Shown in pieces: positions 9,543-20,310 of a stretch of 57,149 nt of DNA; the stretch's first letter is position 1, and every line of letters begins with the position of its first letter. The position numbers were made by a program, and so were the translations under genes. The stretch covers positions 1 to 57,149 of the forward strand of contig CAYPJR010000001.1 of assembly GCA_964411115.1 (NCBI GenBank), written 5' to 3'. The notes below the pieces were generated by a model, which saw nothing but the letters and a program-made list of their open reading frames with translations, did not search any database and was not told the DNA's origin. The stretch comes from an uncultured Candidatus Bathyarchaeia archaeon (GTDB lineage: Archaea; Thermoproteota; Bathyarchaeia; Bathyarchaeales; DTEX01).

Positions 9543-10145
9543 ATGGATCCCCATCTGAAAAATGAGTTGATGCAGCAGTTAATAGCGGAAATAAGTATCT
9601 GTAAGAAATGTGGTTTATGGAAAAACCGTAAAAATCCAGTTCCAGGCGAGGGCGACTTAAATGCGCCGATAGTTTTCATCGGTGAAGCTCCTGGACGCTG
9701 GGAAGATATGGAGGGCAAACCATTTGTTGGGTCGGCTGGAGAACTCTTAAATAGAATCCTCAGGAAGGCCGGGCTTTCAAGAGGCAGCATCTACATAACA
9801 AATTTAGTGAAGTGCAGACCCCCAGGCAATAGGGATCCCCACATAAGTGAAATTGAATCCTGCTCCCCATATCTCGATCAGCAGCTAGATATAATAAAGC
9901 CTAAAATCATTCTCACTCTTGGACGGCACTCCACATCCTACATGTTTTCAAAAGTGGGCTTAACCTTTAAATCTATAAGCGAAGCTCAGGGAAAAATTTA
10001 TAAAGCAAAATTAGGAGGCTCGAAAATTTATTTAATCGCATCTTACCACCCAGCCGCAGCTCTATATAACATGCAGCTTGAGGGAGAAATCGAAAAATCC
10101 ATAAAACTAGCGAAAGATCTCATGAATAAGGTGGAGGAGCGCTGA
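9543..10145 (+). CDS. family 4 uracil-DNA glycosylase (Fe-S)
   Basis: CKKCGL...VPGEGDLNAPIVFIGEAPG, KCRPPGNR and SYHPAAALYN motifs. Confidence 0.85.
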   Translation: MDPHLKNELMQQLIAEISICKKCGLWKNRKNPVPGEGDLNAPIVFIGEAPGRWEDMEGKPFVGSAGELLNRILRKAGLSRGSIYITNLVKCRPPGNRDPHISEIESCSPYLDQQLDIIKPKIILTLGRHSTSYMFSKVGLTFKSISEAQGKIYKAKLGGSKIYLIASYHPAAALYNMQLEGEIEKSIKLAKDLMNKVEER

Positions 10146-10225
10146 ACAGGGTTTAAAAATATAGCGAATCCACCTGAATCTTTAAAAGCATAATATGCAT
10201 GAAGAGAAATAAGAGGTGAAAAGAG

Positions 10226-11050
10226 ATGTTTGTAGGATTTCTAACAGCGCCTTTGCGGGGTTGGAGCCTTCAAAAAATTGTCGATTGGGCATCGGCAAAC
10301 GGCTTTAAGGGCTTAGAGGTTCTCGTTTCACCAACCATGAAGCATATTGAGATTAACAGGGTTTTATCTGGCGGATCGGGGGAAGTGAAGCGTTTATTCG
10401 CTGAAAGAGACTTAAAAATAACAAGTTTAGCCTTCTATAGCATAAGGATCCTTGAAGATCCCAGCGATCAGAAGTTCATATCTAAAATTATTGATGCAGC
10501 CTCAACATTAGATGTGGACATTATCTGTACCTTAGCTGGTGGACCGGTTAAGGGAAAGGATAAGAAGCAAACTTTAAGGGAAGATTTTCCCATAGTTTTT
10601 GGACCAATGGTTGATAAGGCTAGGGAGCACGGTTTAAAGATAGCATTGGAAAACTGGTATGCGACGAATCTTCAAGGCTTAGATCACTTTAAAATTGCTT
10701 TTGAAATGATCCCAGATAGGACTCTAGGTTTAAACTTTGATCCATCCCATCTTTTCTGGCAACAGATCGATTACATTGAGGCAGTGTACAGGTTTGGAGA
10801 TAGAATACATCATACTCATGCTAAAGACGCTGAAATATTGCCCTTTAAACTTAGGGAGGTCGGTGTTCTAGGCCAGGGCTGGTGGAGATACAGAATACCC
10901 GGTTGGGGCGGAATAAATTGGCGTGCATATATAACAGCCCTTAAAGAAGCGAAATATGACTATGTCCTCAGCATTGAGCATGAGGATCCATTCTTCGGAG
11001 CGGAGGATGGACTAATCAGCAGCAAGAAGCATCTGGAAAGCATCATATAA
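10226..11050 (+). CDS. sugar phosphate isomerase/epimerase (xylose isomerase-like TIM barrel)
   Basis: ALENW, NFDPSHL, HTHAKD and SIEHED metal-site pattern. Confidence 0.75.
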   Translation: MFVGFLTAPLRGWSLQKIVDWASANGFKGLEVLVSPTMKHIEINRVLSGGSGEVKRLFAERDLKITSLAFYSIRILEDPSDQKFISKIIDAASTLDVDIICTLAGGPVKGKDKKQTLREDFPIVFGPMVDKAREHGLKIALENWYATNLQGLDHFKIAFEMIPDRTLGLNFDPSHLFWQQIDYIEAVYRFGDRIHHTHAKDAEILPFKLREVGVLGQGWWRYRIPGWGGINWRAYITALKEAKYDYVLSIEHEDPFFGAEDGLISSKKHLESII

Positions 11051-11068
11051 ATTCTCGCCGAATCCCTC

Positions 11069-11740
11069 TTAATCCATGCCTAAATTCTTCCTTGCATTCG
11101 CTATTAACTCTGTCAATATGCTATAGGCTTTTGCTGAGCCATCCATTTTAAGGAATATTACCGTCTCAGTATAGCAGCTTATCGTCTCCTCTATGTTTAT
11201 TCGCCCCCTAGACATGGCGTTATAAAAAAGGCTTATGCAGCCGGGGGTGCTCACGATTTCACGTGGACTCTGGATCATTATCGCTGCTAAATTATGCTTC
11301 TCATCTAGAATTTCTGTGTCGCCAAATTTATGACGGATCTGGCTGAAAATTCTTTGATCAGTTATTAAAGTTAATGTTGCTATTCCCTCTAAAACTTGAA
11401 AGAAAGCTTCCGGAAAATCTGCGGACAGCAACCTGGCCCTTTCAAGGTTTCTCCTAGTCCTTTCCACAGTCATTTTCGCCAGATTTGTCCTTATATTTAT
11501 GACGCTCTCAGCTATAATTTTCAGGTTCTCCAAAGATGGTTTATACTTTATTTTTGCGCGTTTAACCGATGTTATCATGCCTTCCAATGTAACTTTTCTT
11601 CCGAGTAATGCTTCAGCTTTGGGCTTAAGTAGGCGGGCTACAGCGCTGAAATTTGCGTAGCCCCTCTCTATAGCATCCTGGATTGAAATGTCATTCTCTA
11701 TTAGATGCTGAACGATCTTAGCTAAAGATAGTTCGACCAA
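11069..11740 (-). CDS. putative regulator of amino-acid metabolism (HTH plus ACT-like, COG2150-like)
   Basis: 223-aa archaeal-type ORF, divergent from argG. The assignment rests on family resemblance recalled from memory only. Confidence 0.35.
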   Translation of the reverse strand: MVELSLAKIVQHLIENDISIQDAIERGYANFSAVARLLKPKAEALLGRKVTLEGMITSVKRAKIKYKPSLENLKIIAESVINIRTNLAKMTVERTRRNLERARLLSADFPEAFFQVLEGIATLTLITDQRIFSQIRHKFGDTEILDEKHNLAAIMIQSPREIVSTPGCISLFYNAMSRGRINIEETISCYTETVIFLKMDGSAKAYSILTELIANARKNLGMD

Positions 11741-11838
11741 TTTTGGTCACTTAGACCGCTTTAAGTCACAAAATTAGTCAAAAAGAATATTTAATCCTTC
11801 CCCTCTTTTTCTTCGGTTAAACATTAGGGTGAACATCT

Positions 11839-13044
11839 TTGAGGGAAAAAATAGTCTTAGCCTACTCAGGAGGTTTAGACACCTCGGTGCTCATAAAATG
11901 GCTTCAGCAGAAATATAACGCTGAAGTTGTAACCGTCACTTTAGATGTTGGGCAGAAAGAGGATCTAAAAGCCATAGAGAAGAAAGCGTTGAATCTCGGC
12001 GTTTTAAGGCATTATTCCATCGATGCAAAAGAAGAATTTGTTAAAAACTATATTTTCCCAGCGATTAAGGCGAACGCTCTTTACGAGGGGAAATATCCAG
12101 TCAGCACCTCGCTATCCCGACCGCTTATAGCCTTAAAGATAGTTGAGGTTGCGGAAAAAGAGGGCGCCAATGCTGTTGCACATGGATGCACCGGTAAAGG
12201 TAACGATCAGGTCCGCATAGAAGTATCTGTAAAAGCTCTGAACCCAAACCTTAAGGTCATAGCGCCCGTCAGAGAATGGAACATGACCAGAGATGCGGAG
12301 ATAGAGTTCGCTAAAGAGCATGGGATACCGATCCCTATAGACAAAGATAAGCCATACAGCATTGATCAGAATCTTTGGGGGCGCTCAATAGAGTGCGGCA
12401 TACTTGAGTATCCGGATAAGGAGCCGCCTGAAGATGCTTTCGAATGGACTGTTCCTCCGGAGAGGGCCCCAAACGAGCCGGAGTATGTGAATATTGGATT
12501 TGAACGCGGCATTCCAAAGACGCTTAATGGCAGAGAAATGAATCCCGTAGAGTTAATAGAAACTCTCAATATGATCGCTGGAAAGCATGGCGTCGGGCGA
12601 ATAGATCATGTTGAAGATCGTCTGGTTGGAATAAAGTCCCGTGAAGTTTACGAATGTCCAGCTGCCACCGTAATAATTGAGGCTCACAGAGATCTGGAAA
12701 AGATGGTTCTGACCAGACATGAGGTTCTCTTTAAACAGCACATTGACGCATATTGGGCTTATCTAGTTTACGCAGGCTTATGGATGGACCCATTAAAGGA
12801 GGATCTCGACGCATTCATCGATAAGACTCAGGAGAAAGTCACAGGTGAAGTTAGGGTTAAACTCTACAAGGGCAGCGCTCAAGTTGTTGGAAGATCCTCA
12901 CCGTACTCGCTATATGATCTCCATTTAGCCACATATAACATTGACACAACATTTAATCAAACGGCTTCAGCAGGATTCATTGAAATCTGGGGCTTACCAA
13001 CTAAAGTTTCAAAAGCCCTAAGAAAAATCGAGCGGGCGAAGTAA
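11839..13044 (+). CDS. argG: argininosuccinate synthase
   Basis: [10 protein letters not shown]-loop with full-length similarity. TTG start with GGTGA 6 nt upstream. Confidence 0.95.
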   Translation: MREKIVLAYSGGLDTSVLIKWLQQKYNAEVVTVTLDVGQKEDLKAIEKKALNLGVLRHYSIDAKEEFVKNYIFPAIKANALYEGKYPVSTSLSRPLIALKIVEVAEKEGANAVAHGCTGKGNDQVRIEVSVKALNPNLKVIAPVREWNMTRDAEIEFAKEHGIPIPIDKDKPYSIDQNLWGRSIECGILEYPDKEPPEDAFEWTVPPERAPNEPEYVNIGFERGIPKTLNGREMNPVELIETLNMIAGKHGVGRIDHVEDRLVGIKSREVYECPAATVIIEAHRDLEKMVLTRHEVLFKQHIDAYWAYLVYAGLWMDPLKEDLDAFIDKTQEKVTGEVRVKLYKGSAQVVGRSSPYSLYDLHLATYNIDTTFNQTASAGFIEIWGLPTKVSKALRKIERAK

Positions 13045-13046
13045 GA

Positions 13047-14540
13047 ATGTCGGATCTTTTAAGGGGGGGTAGACTCGCACCCTCAAGAAGAGAAATCATT
13101 GAATTTGCATCTTCAATAAAAAGTGATGAGAAAATACTTAGGCACATCATAGATATCAACAGGGCGCATGTAATAATGCTGATTGAAAAGGGAATAATCG
13201 GTAAAAGCGACGGCTCAAAAATTTTAAACGCCCTACTAAACTTGAGGGAAAACCCGGTCATCCGGCTGGATGTCGAAGACGCCCACATACTTGTTGAGGA
13301 GGAAGTGATCAGGAGGGCTGGCTTAGAAATTGGCGGAAACCTTAATCTGGCCAAAAGTCGAAATGATCAGGTTGCAACAGCCCTGAGGATGGAGCTAAGG
13401 AATGAAATCCTCAATCTCATAGAGCTAATAGTTAATCTTCAAGATTCCCTACTGTATTTGGCTGAGAAAAATATTGAAACCATAATTCCGGGCTACACGC
13501 ATCTTCAGCAGGCTCAACCAACAACCTTTGCTCATTATTTACTCGCACAATTTGATGTTTTAGAGAGAAACATTTGGAGGCTTATAGACGCCTATAGACG
13601 CGTCAATCTTTCACCCATGGGCGCAGGTGCTTTAGCAACATCAAGCTTTCCAATAAGCCGTGAAAGAGTTGCGGAGCTACTGGGCTTTGAGGGGCTTGTT
13701 GAAAACTCCATTGACGCTGTTAGCTCAAGGGATTTCCTGCTTGAAACATTGGCTATTTTATCCATATTGGCTGTTGATTTAAGCCGCTTCGCCGAAGACT
13801 TGATAATATGGTCTTCGATGGAATTCAGCCTCCTAGAGATTCCGGACGAATTTACCTCAACAAGCAGCATAATGCCCCAGAAGAAGAATCCGGAAGTCTT
13901 AGAGGTTATAAGGGCCAGGATGAGTCATATTTTAGGCGATTTTACAGCGTCTTCAATAATAATGAAGGCATTACCATCAACTTATAATATGGATTTCCAA
14001 GAGGCAACGCCGAAGCTTTGGGATGCAATAAAAACGATGAAGGAGAACCTAATGATGCTTTCCGAATTGGTTAGGAATATAAAAATTAGGGAGAACATTA
14101 CGAATAAGCCATTTACAAGCTTTTTAGCGGCAACCGAACTTGCAAACATACTTGTCAGAAACTATAAGGTTCCTTTTAGAACCGCTCATAAAATTGTCGG
14201 CGCCTTAGTGAAAAGGCTAATTGAGGATGGGAAAACATTGCTGGATGCTACGCCGGAGCTGCTGAGCGAAGTATCAAGCGTATTCCTTCAAAAGCCATTA
14301 ATAATTAAGAGCGGAGATTTGGAAAAAGCCGCAGATTTGAAGAGCTTCATCGAGTCCCACAACGTCAGGGGCGGACCATCAAGGAGGGAAGTTGAAAGGA
14401 TGATATCTCATCGAAAGATGCTGCTCAGCCAATTTAGAGTTGAGGTTTCAGGCAGAAGAAGGAGGATTGAGGATTCAATAGACATGTTAGATTCATTCTC
14501 GAAATATTATGCCGCTCAAGAAAATAACAGAAAAATTTAA
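13047..14540 (+). CDS. argH: argininosuccinate lyase
   Basis: SSIMPQKKNP fumarate-lyase signature. Starts 2 nt after argG. Confidence 0.95.
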   Translation: MSDLLRGGRLAPSRREIIEFASSIKSDEKILRHIIDINRAHVIMLIEKGIIGKSDGSKILNALLNLRENPVIRLDVEDAHILVEEEVIRRAGLEIGGNLNLAKSRNDQVATALRMELRNEILNLIELIVNLQDSLLYLAEKNIETIIPGYTHLQQAQPTTFAHYLLAQFDVLERNIWRLIDAYRRVNLSPMGAGALATSSFPISRERVAELLGFEGLVENSIDAVSSRDFLLETLAILSILAVDLSRFAEDLIIWSSMEFSLLEIPDEFTSTSSIMPQKKNPEVLEVIRARMSHILGDFTASSIIMKALPSTYNMDFQEATPKLWDAIKTMKENLMMLSELVRNIKIRENITNKPFTSFLAATELANILVRNYKVPFRTAHKIVGALVKRLIEDGKTLLDATPELLSEVSSVFLQKPLIIKSGDLEKAADLKSFIESHNVRGGPSRREVERMISHRKMLLSQFRVEVSGRRRRIEDSIDMLDSFSKYYAAQENNRKI

Positions 14541-15717
14541 ATTTAAGTTTCTCATCTGCTTGAGGAAGGGTTCATTGGGAAGCAAGAATCGCCCTGAGAA
14601 AGCCGGTAAAGCCGTCCTTGTTCTTGAGGATGAATCATTCTTCATCGGTAAGGGTTTCGGCGCCGTAGGCAAGATTTCCGGCGAGGTTGTTTTCGCAACA
14701 GGCATGGTTGGTTATCCCGAGTCATTAACAGATCCATCCTATCATGGGCAAATTTTAACCTTAACCTATCCATTAATTGGGAATTATGGTGTCCCAGCCT
14801 ATGACCGCGACGAATTCGGCCTTCCAGTTAAGTTTGAGTCCTTAAGCATTAAAGTTGCCGGATTAGTTATTCAGGAGTTATGCTTCAAACCGCATCATTG
14901 GGCTTCCAGCAGAACGCTAGATGAATGGCTTAGAAGCGAGGGAGTTCCAGGAATATATGGCATAGACACTAGGAAGCTAACTAAGAGGCTTAGGGAAAGA
15001 GGGGTTATGCTTGGGATACTTCAGGTTTGCCGTGAAGGTGAAGAGCCAAACCTTGATGGTTTAGTTAAGGAGGTTAAAAATGTCCAGGACCCAAATATGC
15101 GGGATCTAGCGGGGGAAGTGGCAATTAAGGAGCCCATCTATTATGATTGTAAGGGAAGTAAAAGGATAGTCCTTATAGACTGCGGATCTAAAGCCAGCAT
15201 AATAAGGAATTTTCTTAAAAGGCATGTAGACGTTATAATGGTTCCCTACAATTTTTCAGCAAAGGAGATTCTTGAGTATAAGCCGGACGGCGTTCTAATA
15301 AGTAATGGTCCAGGCGACCCAAAGAGATGCGTGAGCACTATAGAAGCAGTTAGATCTCTCGTCGAAGAAGGAATCCCAATTATGGGGATATGCCTCGGAA
15401 ACCAGATTTTGGCCTTAGCAATGGGCGGCGACACATATAAACTGAAATATGGACATAGGTCGCAGAATCAACCGGCGCTTGACCTTGAAACTGGACGCTG
15501 CTACATAACAACTCAAAACCACGGCTACGCGGTTTCACTTAAATCGCTCGAGGAAACCGATTTAAAGTGTTGGTTTATAAATGCGAACGATAAGACCGTT
15601 GAGGGAATTAAACTTAAAAACGGTCTGTCCTTTGCTGTTCAATGGCATCCTGAAGCTGCTCCAGGACCATACGATACAGAGTTCCTTTTTGATGAGTTTT
15701 TGAGAAGAATCGGGTGA
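14509..15717 (+). CDS. carA: carbamoyl-phosphate synthase small (glutaminase) subunit
   Basis: KAVLVLEDESFF N-terminus, GICLGNQ catalytic Cys and HPE triad region. The ATG at 14509 overlaps argH by 32 nt; in-frame TTG at 14560 or 14575 are more typical start positions. Confidence 0.9.
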   Translation: MPLKKITEKFKFKFLICLRKGSLGSKNRPEKAGKAVLVLEDESFFIGKGFGAVGKISGEVVFATGMVGYPESLTDPSYHGQILTLTYPLIGNYGVPAYDRDEFGLPVKFESLSIKVAGLVIQELCFKPHHWASSRTLDEWLRSEGVPGIYGIDTRKLTKRLRERGVMLGILQVCREGEEPNLDGLVKEVKNVQDPNMRDLAGEVAIKEPIYYDCKGSKRIVLIDCGSKASIIRNFLKRHVDVIMVPYNFSAKEILEYKPDGVLISNGPGDPKRCVSTIEAVRSLVEEGIPIMGICLGNQILALAMGGDTYKLKYGHRSQNQPALDLETGRCYITTQNHGYAVSLKSLEETDLKCWFINANDKTVEGIKLKNGLSFAVQWHPEAAPGPYDTEFLFDEFLRRIG

Positions 15718-15724
15718 AGGGATC

Positions 15725-18700
15725 GTGCCGAAATTTGAGTGGCTGCGTAAGGTGCTGATTCTTGGAAGCGGACCGATAAAAATTGGCGAAGCTGCAGAGT
15801 TCGATTATTCAGGAAGCCAGTGCTTAAAAGCCCTAAGGGAGGAGGGAATAGAAACCATACTCGTCAACCCGAACATTGCAACCATTCAAACCGATCCTAG
15901 ACTTGCCGGCAAAGTCTACCTTCTGCCTGTTACCCCCGAGTACGTTGAAAAAGTTATTGCGAAGGAAAGGCCTGATGGAATACTACTTGGTTTTGGCGGG
16001 CAAACAGCCTTAAACTGCGGCGTCACATTAGCCAAGAACGGCGTATTTGAAAAATACGACGTGAAGGTATTAGGCACACCAATAAGGGCAATCGAGGAAA
16101 CTGAGGATAGAGAACTCTTTAAGCAAGCAATGATTAGATCCGGGATCCCAGTTCCAAAGAGTCAATCCGCCACATCAATTGAAGAAGCCCTTAAAGCTGC
16201 TGAAGAAATTGGATACCCAGTTATCATAAGAGTTGCCTACACATTGGGCGGTAAGGGTTCCGGAGTTGCTTATAATAAGCGTGAACTACGTGAAATTGTA
16301 AGTAGAGCTCTAGCTCATAGCATGATCACGCAAGTTTTGGTGGAGGAATATATTGGACATTGGAAAGAGATCGAATATGAAGTTATGAGGGATTACGAGA
16401 ACAATTGTATAACGGTCTGCAATATGGAGAACTTCGACCCTATGGGCGTTCACACTGGCGATTCAATAGTTGTCGCTCCATCGCAGACCCTAAATAATCG
16501 CGAATATCATATTCTTCGCTCCGCATCCATTAAGGCAGTTCAAAGCTTGGGCATAGTTGGCGAATGCAATATTCAATGGGCGCTTCATCCAAAATCGGAA
16601 GAGATAAGGGCTATAGAGATTAATGCTCGAATGTCCAGGAGCTCAGCTTTAGCCAGTAAAGCAACCGGCTATCCTCTTGCTTATATAGCGGCTAAGCTTG
16701 CAATAGGCTATTTACTCCCGGAGCTAATAAATAAGGTTACGGGGATAACAACAGCCTGTTTCGAACCAGCCTTAGATTACATTGTTATAAAGATCCCACG
16801 CTGGGATCTACGCAAGTTTAGGAATGTTGACCCGCACTTAGGCCCTCAAATGAAGTCCGTTGGGGAGGTTATGGCGATTGGCAGAACATTTGAGGAGGCT
16901 TTACAAAAGGCCGTTAGAATGCTTGACATTGGGAAGATAGGGTTAGTTGCAAATAACGATGATGATCAGCCGGAGCCAATTAAAGCCATAAAAGACTGCC
17001 TTAAAAACCCAACCGATGAGAGATTATTTAAGATCGTTAAGGCAATAAAAATGGGCATTTCGATTAAAGAGATTTATCGCTTAAGCGGTGTTGACCCATG
17101 GTTCCTCTATAAGATTAAAAATATTATTGACATGGAGAAAAAACTGAAGAGTCTCAAAATTAATAGCAGAGAAGCAGTTGAAACCATTAGGGAAGCTAAG
17201 CGTCTAGGATTTTCAGATGCGCAAATAGCTAAATGCATAGGTTTAAGCGAGGATGAGGTTAGGCGTTTAAGAAAGTCTTACGGAATCACTCCTGTTGTTA
17301 AACAGATTGATACGTTGGCTGCTGAATGGCCTGCAAAGACAAATTACCTGTACTTAACCTATAATGGCGACGAAGATGACATCGAGTTCGATGATAAAAA
17401 GAGCAAGGTTATCGTTTTAGGCGCAGGGGTCTTTAGAATAGGCTCAAGCGTCGAGTTCGACTGGAGCTGCGTTAACACAATATGGTCCTTAAAGAAGCAT
17501 AATATAGATGAAGCAATCATGGTAAACTATAACCCTGAAACCGTATCAACGGACTACGATATATCGGATAAACTCTATTTCGAAGAATTAACGCTTGAGC
17601 GGGTTATCGACATATATGAGAAAGAGAAGCCTTTAGGCGTTATTGTCAGCGTAGGCGGTCAGATCCCGAACAATCTGGCTTTAAAGCTCTCTAAGGCCGG
17701 CGTGAGGCTGCTTGGAACCTCAAGTGAAAGCATAGATGCCGCTGAGGACCGCTCTAAATTCAGCGCGCTACTTGATAGATTAGGCATCCCGCAACCCAAA
17801 TGGAGCAAGTTTACAACTATTGAGGAGGCTGAGAAATTCGCCGAAGAAATTGGTTACCCAGTCCTTGTCCGTCCAAGCTATGTGCTGTCCGGTTATGCTA
17901 TGAGAATCGCATATAGCCAAAAAGATTTAAGGGATTATCTTGAACTTGCAGCCAAAGTCTCGCCGGAACATCCGGTCGTCATATCTAAGTTCATCGAGGG
18001 TGCTAAAGAGGTTGAGGTTGACGGCGTCTCTGATGGTGAGGATGTTCTGATAGGCGCTATTATTGAGCATATCGAGCAGGCTGGTGTTCACAGTGGAGAC
18101 GCTGTTATGAGCATACCTCCGCAATCCTTAAGTAGCGACGTTATTAGAAAGATTGAAGATTACACGCAAAAAATTGCCCGCGCCCTGAAAATTAAGGGGC
18201 CATTCAATATTCAATACCTTGTCAAAAATGGAGATGTTTCTGTTATTGAATGTAATCTCAGGGCTTCCCGCTCCCTCCCATACGTGAGCAAAACTAAAGG
18301 CGTCAACTTAATAGATGTCTCAACGGCTATAATGCTTGGGAAAAACCTGAAGGAGCTAGGCGTCTATGAGACCCCGCCGACACCCTATGTTGCCGTTAAG
18401 GTTCCGCAGTTTAGCTTTATGCGCTTAAGCGGAGCTGATCCAATCCTAGGCGTTGAAATGCTGAGCACCGGTGAGGCTGCATGCATCGGTGAAAACTTTG
18501 CAGATGCGCTGCTGAAAGCGTTGCAATCAGCTGAATTCAATCTTCCACGCAGCAGCCCCTCCGCATTGATAACCGTTGGGGGAAAAGAGATGAAGAGGAA
18601 AATAGTTCCGCTGGCTAGGAGCCTTAAGGAATTAGGCTTCAAACTATATGCAACCGAGCATACCGCCGATGCCTTACGCAGCGCCAATTTAGATGTGACT

Positions 18701-18991
18701 GTCCTCTATAAAGTTAGAGAAGTCATGAAGAAGCCGAACATACTAGATTATCTAGTGCAGCGCAAGATCGACCTAGTAATTAATGTTCCAGCCGCCAATC
18801 CGGAAAATGTGGACATTATGGAGGATGAGTATATTATCCGCAGGCTCGCTGTTGAGTTCAACATTCCAATAGTCACAACGTTTGAGCTTGCTTCGGCAAT
18901 AGTTAAAGCCCTAAAATATTATGGAAAAAACGAGGTGACGGTACGGTCGCTAAACGAGTACATGTCCAGTTTACCGTTCAGATATTGGTAG
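15725..18991 (+). CDS. carB: carbamoyl-phosphate synthase large subunit
   Basis: 1088 aa with duplicated ATP-grasp halves. GTG start preceded by GGTGA. Confidence 0.95.
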   Translation: MPKFEWLRKVLILGSGPIKIGEAAEFDYSGSQCLKALREEGIETILVNPNIATIQTDPRLAGKVYLLPVTPEYVEKVIAKERPDGILLGFGGQTALNCGVTLAKNGVFEKYDVKVLGTPIRAIEETEDRELFKQAMIRSGIPVPKSQSATSIEEALKAAEEIGYPVIIRVAYTLGGKGSGVAYNKRELREIVSRALAHSMITQVLVEEYIGHWKEIEYEVMRDYENNCITVCNMENFDPMGVHTGDSIVVAPSQTLNNREYHILRSASIKAVQSLGIVGECNIQWALHPKSEEIRAIEINARMSRSSALASKATGYPLAYIAAKLAIGYLLPELINKVTGITTACFEPALDYIVIKIPRWDLRKFRNVDPHLGPQMKSVGEVMAIGRTFEEALQKAVRMLDIGKIGLVANNDDDQPEPIKAIKDCLKNPTDERLFKIVKAIKMGISIKEIYRLSGVDPWFLYKIKNIIDMEKKLKSLKINSREAVETIREAKRLGFSDAQIAKCIGLSEDEVRRLRKSYGITPVVKQIDTLAAEWPAKTNYLYLTYNGDEDDIEFDDKKSKVIVLGAGVFRIGSSVEFDWSCVNTIWSLKKHNIDEAIMVNYNPETVSTDYDISDKLYFEELTLERVIDIYEKEKPLGVIVSVGGQIPNNLALKLSKAGVRLLGTSSESIDAAEDRSKFSALLDRLGIPQPKWSKFTTIEEAEKFAEEIGYPVLVRPSYVLSGYAMRIAYSQKDLRDYLELAAKVSPEHPVVISKFIEGAKEVEVDGVSDGEDVLIGAIIEHIEQAGVHSGDAVMSIPPQSLSSDVIRKIEDYTQKIARALKIKGPFNIQYLVKNGDVSVIECNLRASRSLPYVSKTKGVNLIDVSTAIMLGKNLKELGVYETPPTPYVAVKVPQFSFMRLSGADPILGVEMLSTGEAACIGENFADALLKALQSAEFNLPRSSPSALITVGGKEMKRKIVPLARSLKELGFKLYATEHTADALRSANLDVTVLYKVREVMKKPNILDYLVQRKIDLVINVPAANPENVDIMEDEYIIRRLAVEFNIPIVTTFELASAIVKALKYYGKNEVTVRSLNEYMSSLPFRYW

Positions 18992-19034
18992 CGTTTTTAT
19001 GAGCCACCTTTTCCAGCGTCAATACCCGGATGCC

Positions 19035-20234
19035 CTATTCGAAGAAATCTTTCCCTTCAACCAAATATTTTCTCACGATCTCCTCATTAATCTCTATGCC
19101 TAGCCCAGGTTTCTCAGGGACCCTCACAAAACCATCCTTAATTAGAGGTTTCTCCAATCCCTTCACAAACTCCTCCCATTGAGGCGCACCGACTCCATGA
19201 TGCTCAAATGCAATGAAGTTTTTCGGCATGGCTGCCGCTGCATGGACGTTTGCCATGAAGGCTATTGGAAGCCCATAGTTATGTGGAGCTATTAGCACCC
19301 CGTATAGATCGGCGAATTCAGCGATCCACTTGATCTCGGCGATGCCGCCTACGTCGGAAACATCCGGGGCAACTATATCAACGGCATGTTTATCTATAAG
19401 ATCCTTGAAGCCGTATCTTAGAAAAATCTGCTCTCCGGTGAGAATAGGCGTAGTTGTGCTTATTGAGAGCATGCGGTATAATTGAACCTCTGTGTAGGGC
19501 ATCAGGTCACCTGAAAGCAGATCCTCAGCCCAAAAAACATTAAACGGCTCTAAAGCTTTAGCCAATCTTAAAGCTGAGGGGAAACTCTGTCCTGGACCGC
19601 AATCTAAAGCTAAACCTATTTTATCGCCTAAAACATCCTTTAAGGCTTTCACGATGGCTATCTCGGATTTAATTCCACGCTCAGTCACATGCCCTTTCAT
19701 TGGGTAGCGCCCATCGGCCTCAAAAGATCCGTCTGGAACACTTAAGAGTTGACCGCCGTGGAAACCAATATCGAACTTCATAATCGTGAAGTTCTCCGGC
19801 AATGCCATTATGCGCTTAGCTTTCTCAACGTAGGCTTCAGGAGTATACATTGAGGACGGATCGTTTTTGTCAAGCAATATGCCTGAGCCGCAGTCAGCGT
19901 AAACTCTAACTTTATCACGGATCTTGCCTCCGATAAGCCTGTAGACTGGTAAAGCATATGCTTTACCAGTTATGTCCCAGAGGGCCATCTCAACGGCGCT
20001 AACCGATGAACCCCATGGTTTAAAGCCTCCCCTATAACGAATCCTAAGCATTACCTTTTCAACCTCGGTGGGATCGCAGCCAACAATGTAGGGTTTCAGC
20101 TGTAATACATGCTCCCTAGGGCAATGAGCCTCCCCATAGCCGTAAATTCCCTCATCCGTGTCAACTCGAACTATTCCTATACGTCCAAGTCCCGGAGCAT
20201 CAACCGTAGCAACCTTTAAATCGCGTATCTTCAA
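19035..20234 (-). CDS. enolase-superfamily sugar-acid dehydratase (mandelate racemase / galactonate-mannonate-fuconate dehydratase-like)
   Basis: N-terminal capping domain (GYGEA, VEMALWDITGK, PVYRLIGG) plus a barrel with acidic metal ligands. Confidence 0.8.
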   Translation of the reverse strand: MKIRDLKVATVDAPGLGRIGIVRVDTDEGIYGYGEAHCPREHVLQLKPYIVGCDPTEVEKVMLRIRYRGGFKPWGSSVSAVEMALWDITGKAYALPVYRLIGGKIRDKVRVYADCGSGILLDKNDPSSMYTPEAYVEKAKRIMALPENFTIMKFDIGFHGGQLLSVPDGSFEADGRYPMKGHVTERGIKSEIAIVKALKDVLGDKIGLALDCGPGQSFPSALRLAKALEPFNVFWAEDLLSGDLMPYTEVQLYRMLSISTTTPILTGEQIFLRYGFKDLIDKHAVDIVAPDVSDVGGIAEIKWIAEFADLYGVLIAPHNYGLPIAFMANVHAAAAMPKNFIAFEHHGVGAPQWEEFVKGLEKPLIKDGFVRVPEKPGLGIEINEEIVRKYLVEGKDFFE

Positions 20235-20310
20235 CCTTTATGCACCTCTATTTTGCTGAATTTAACATTTAGCCATAGTATGCATGCGAGTTTGCTTATA
20301 AGATCTTTCA

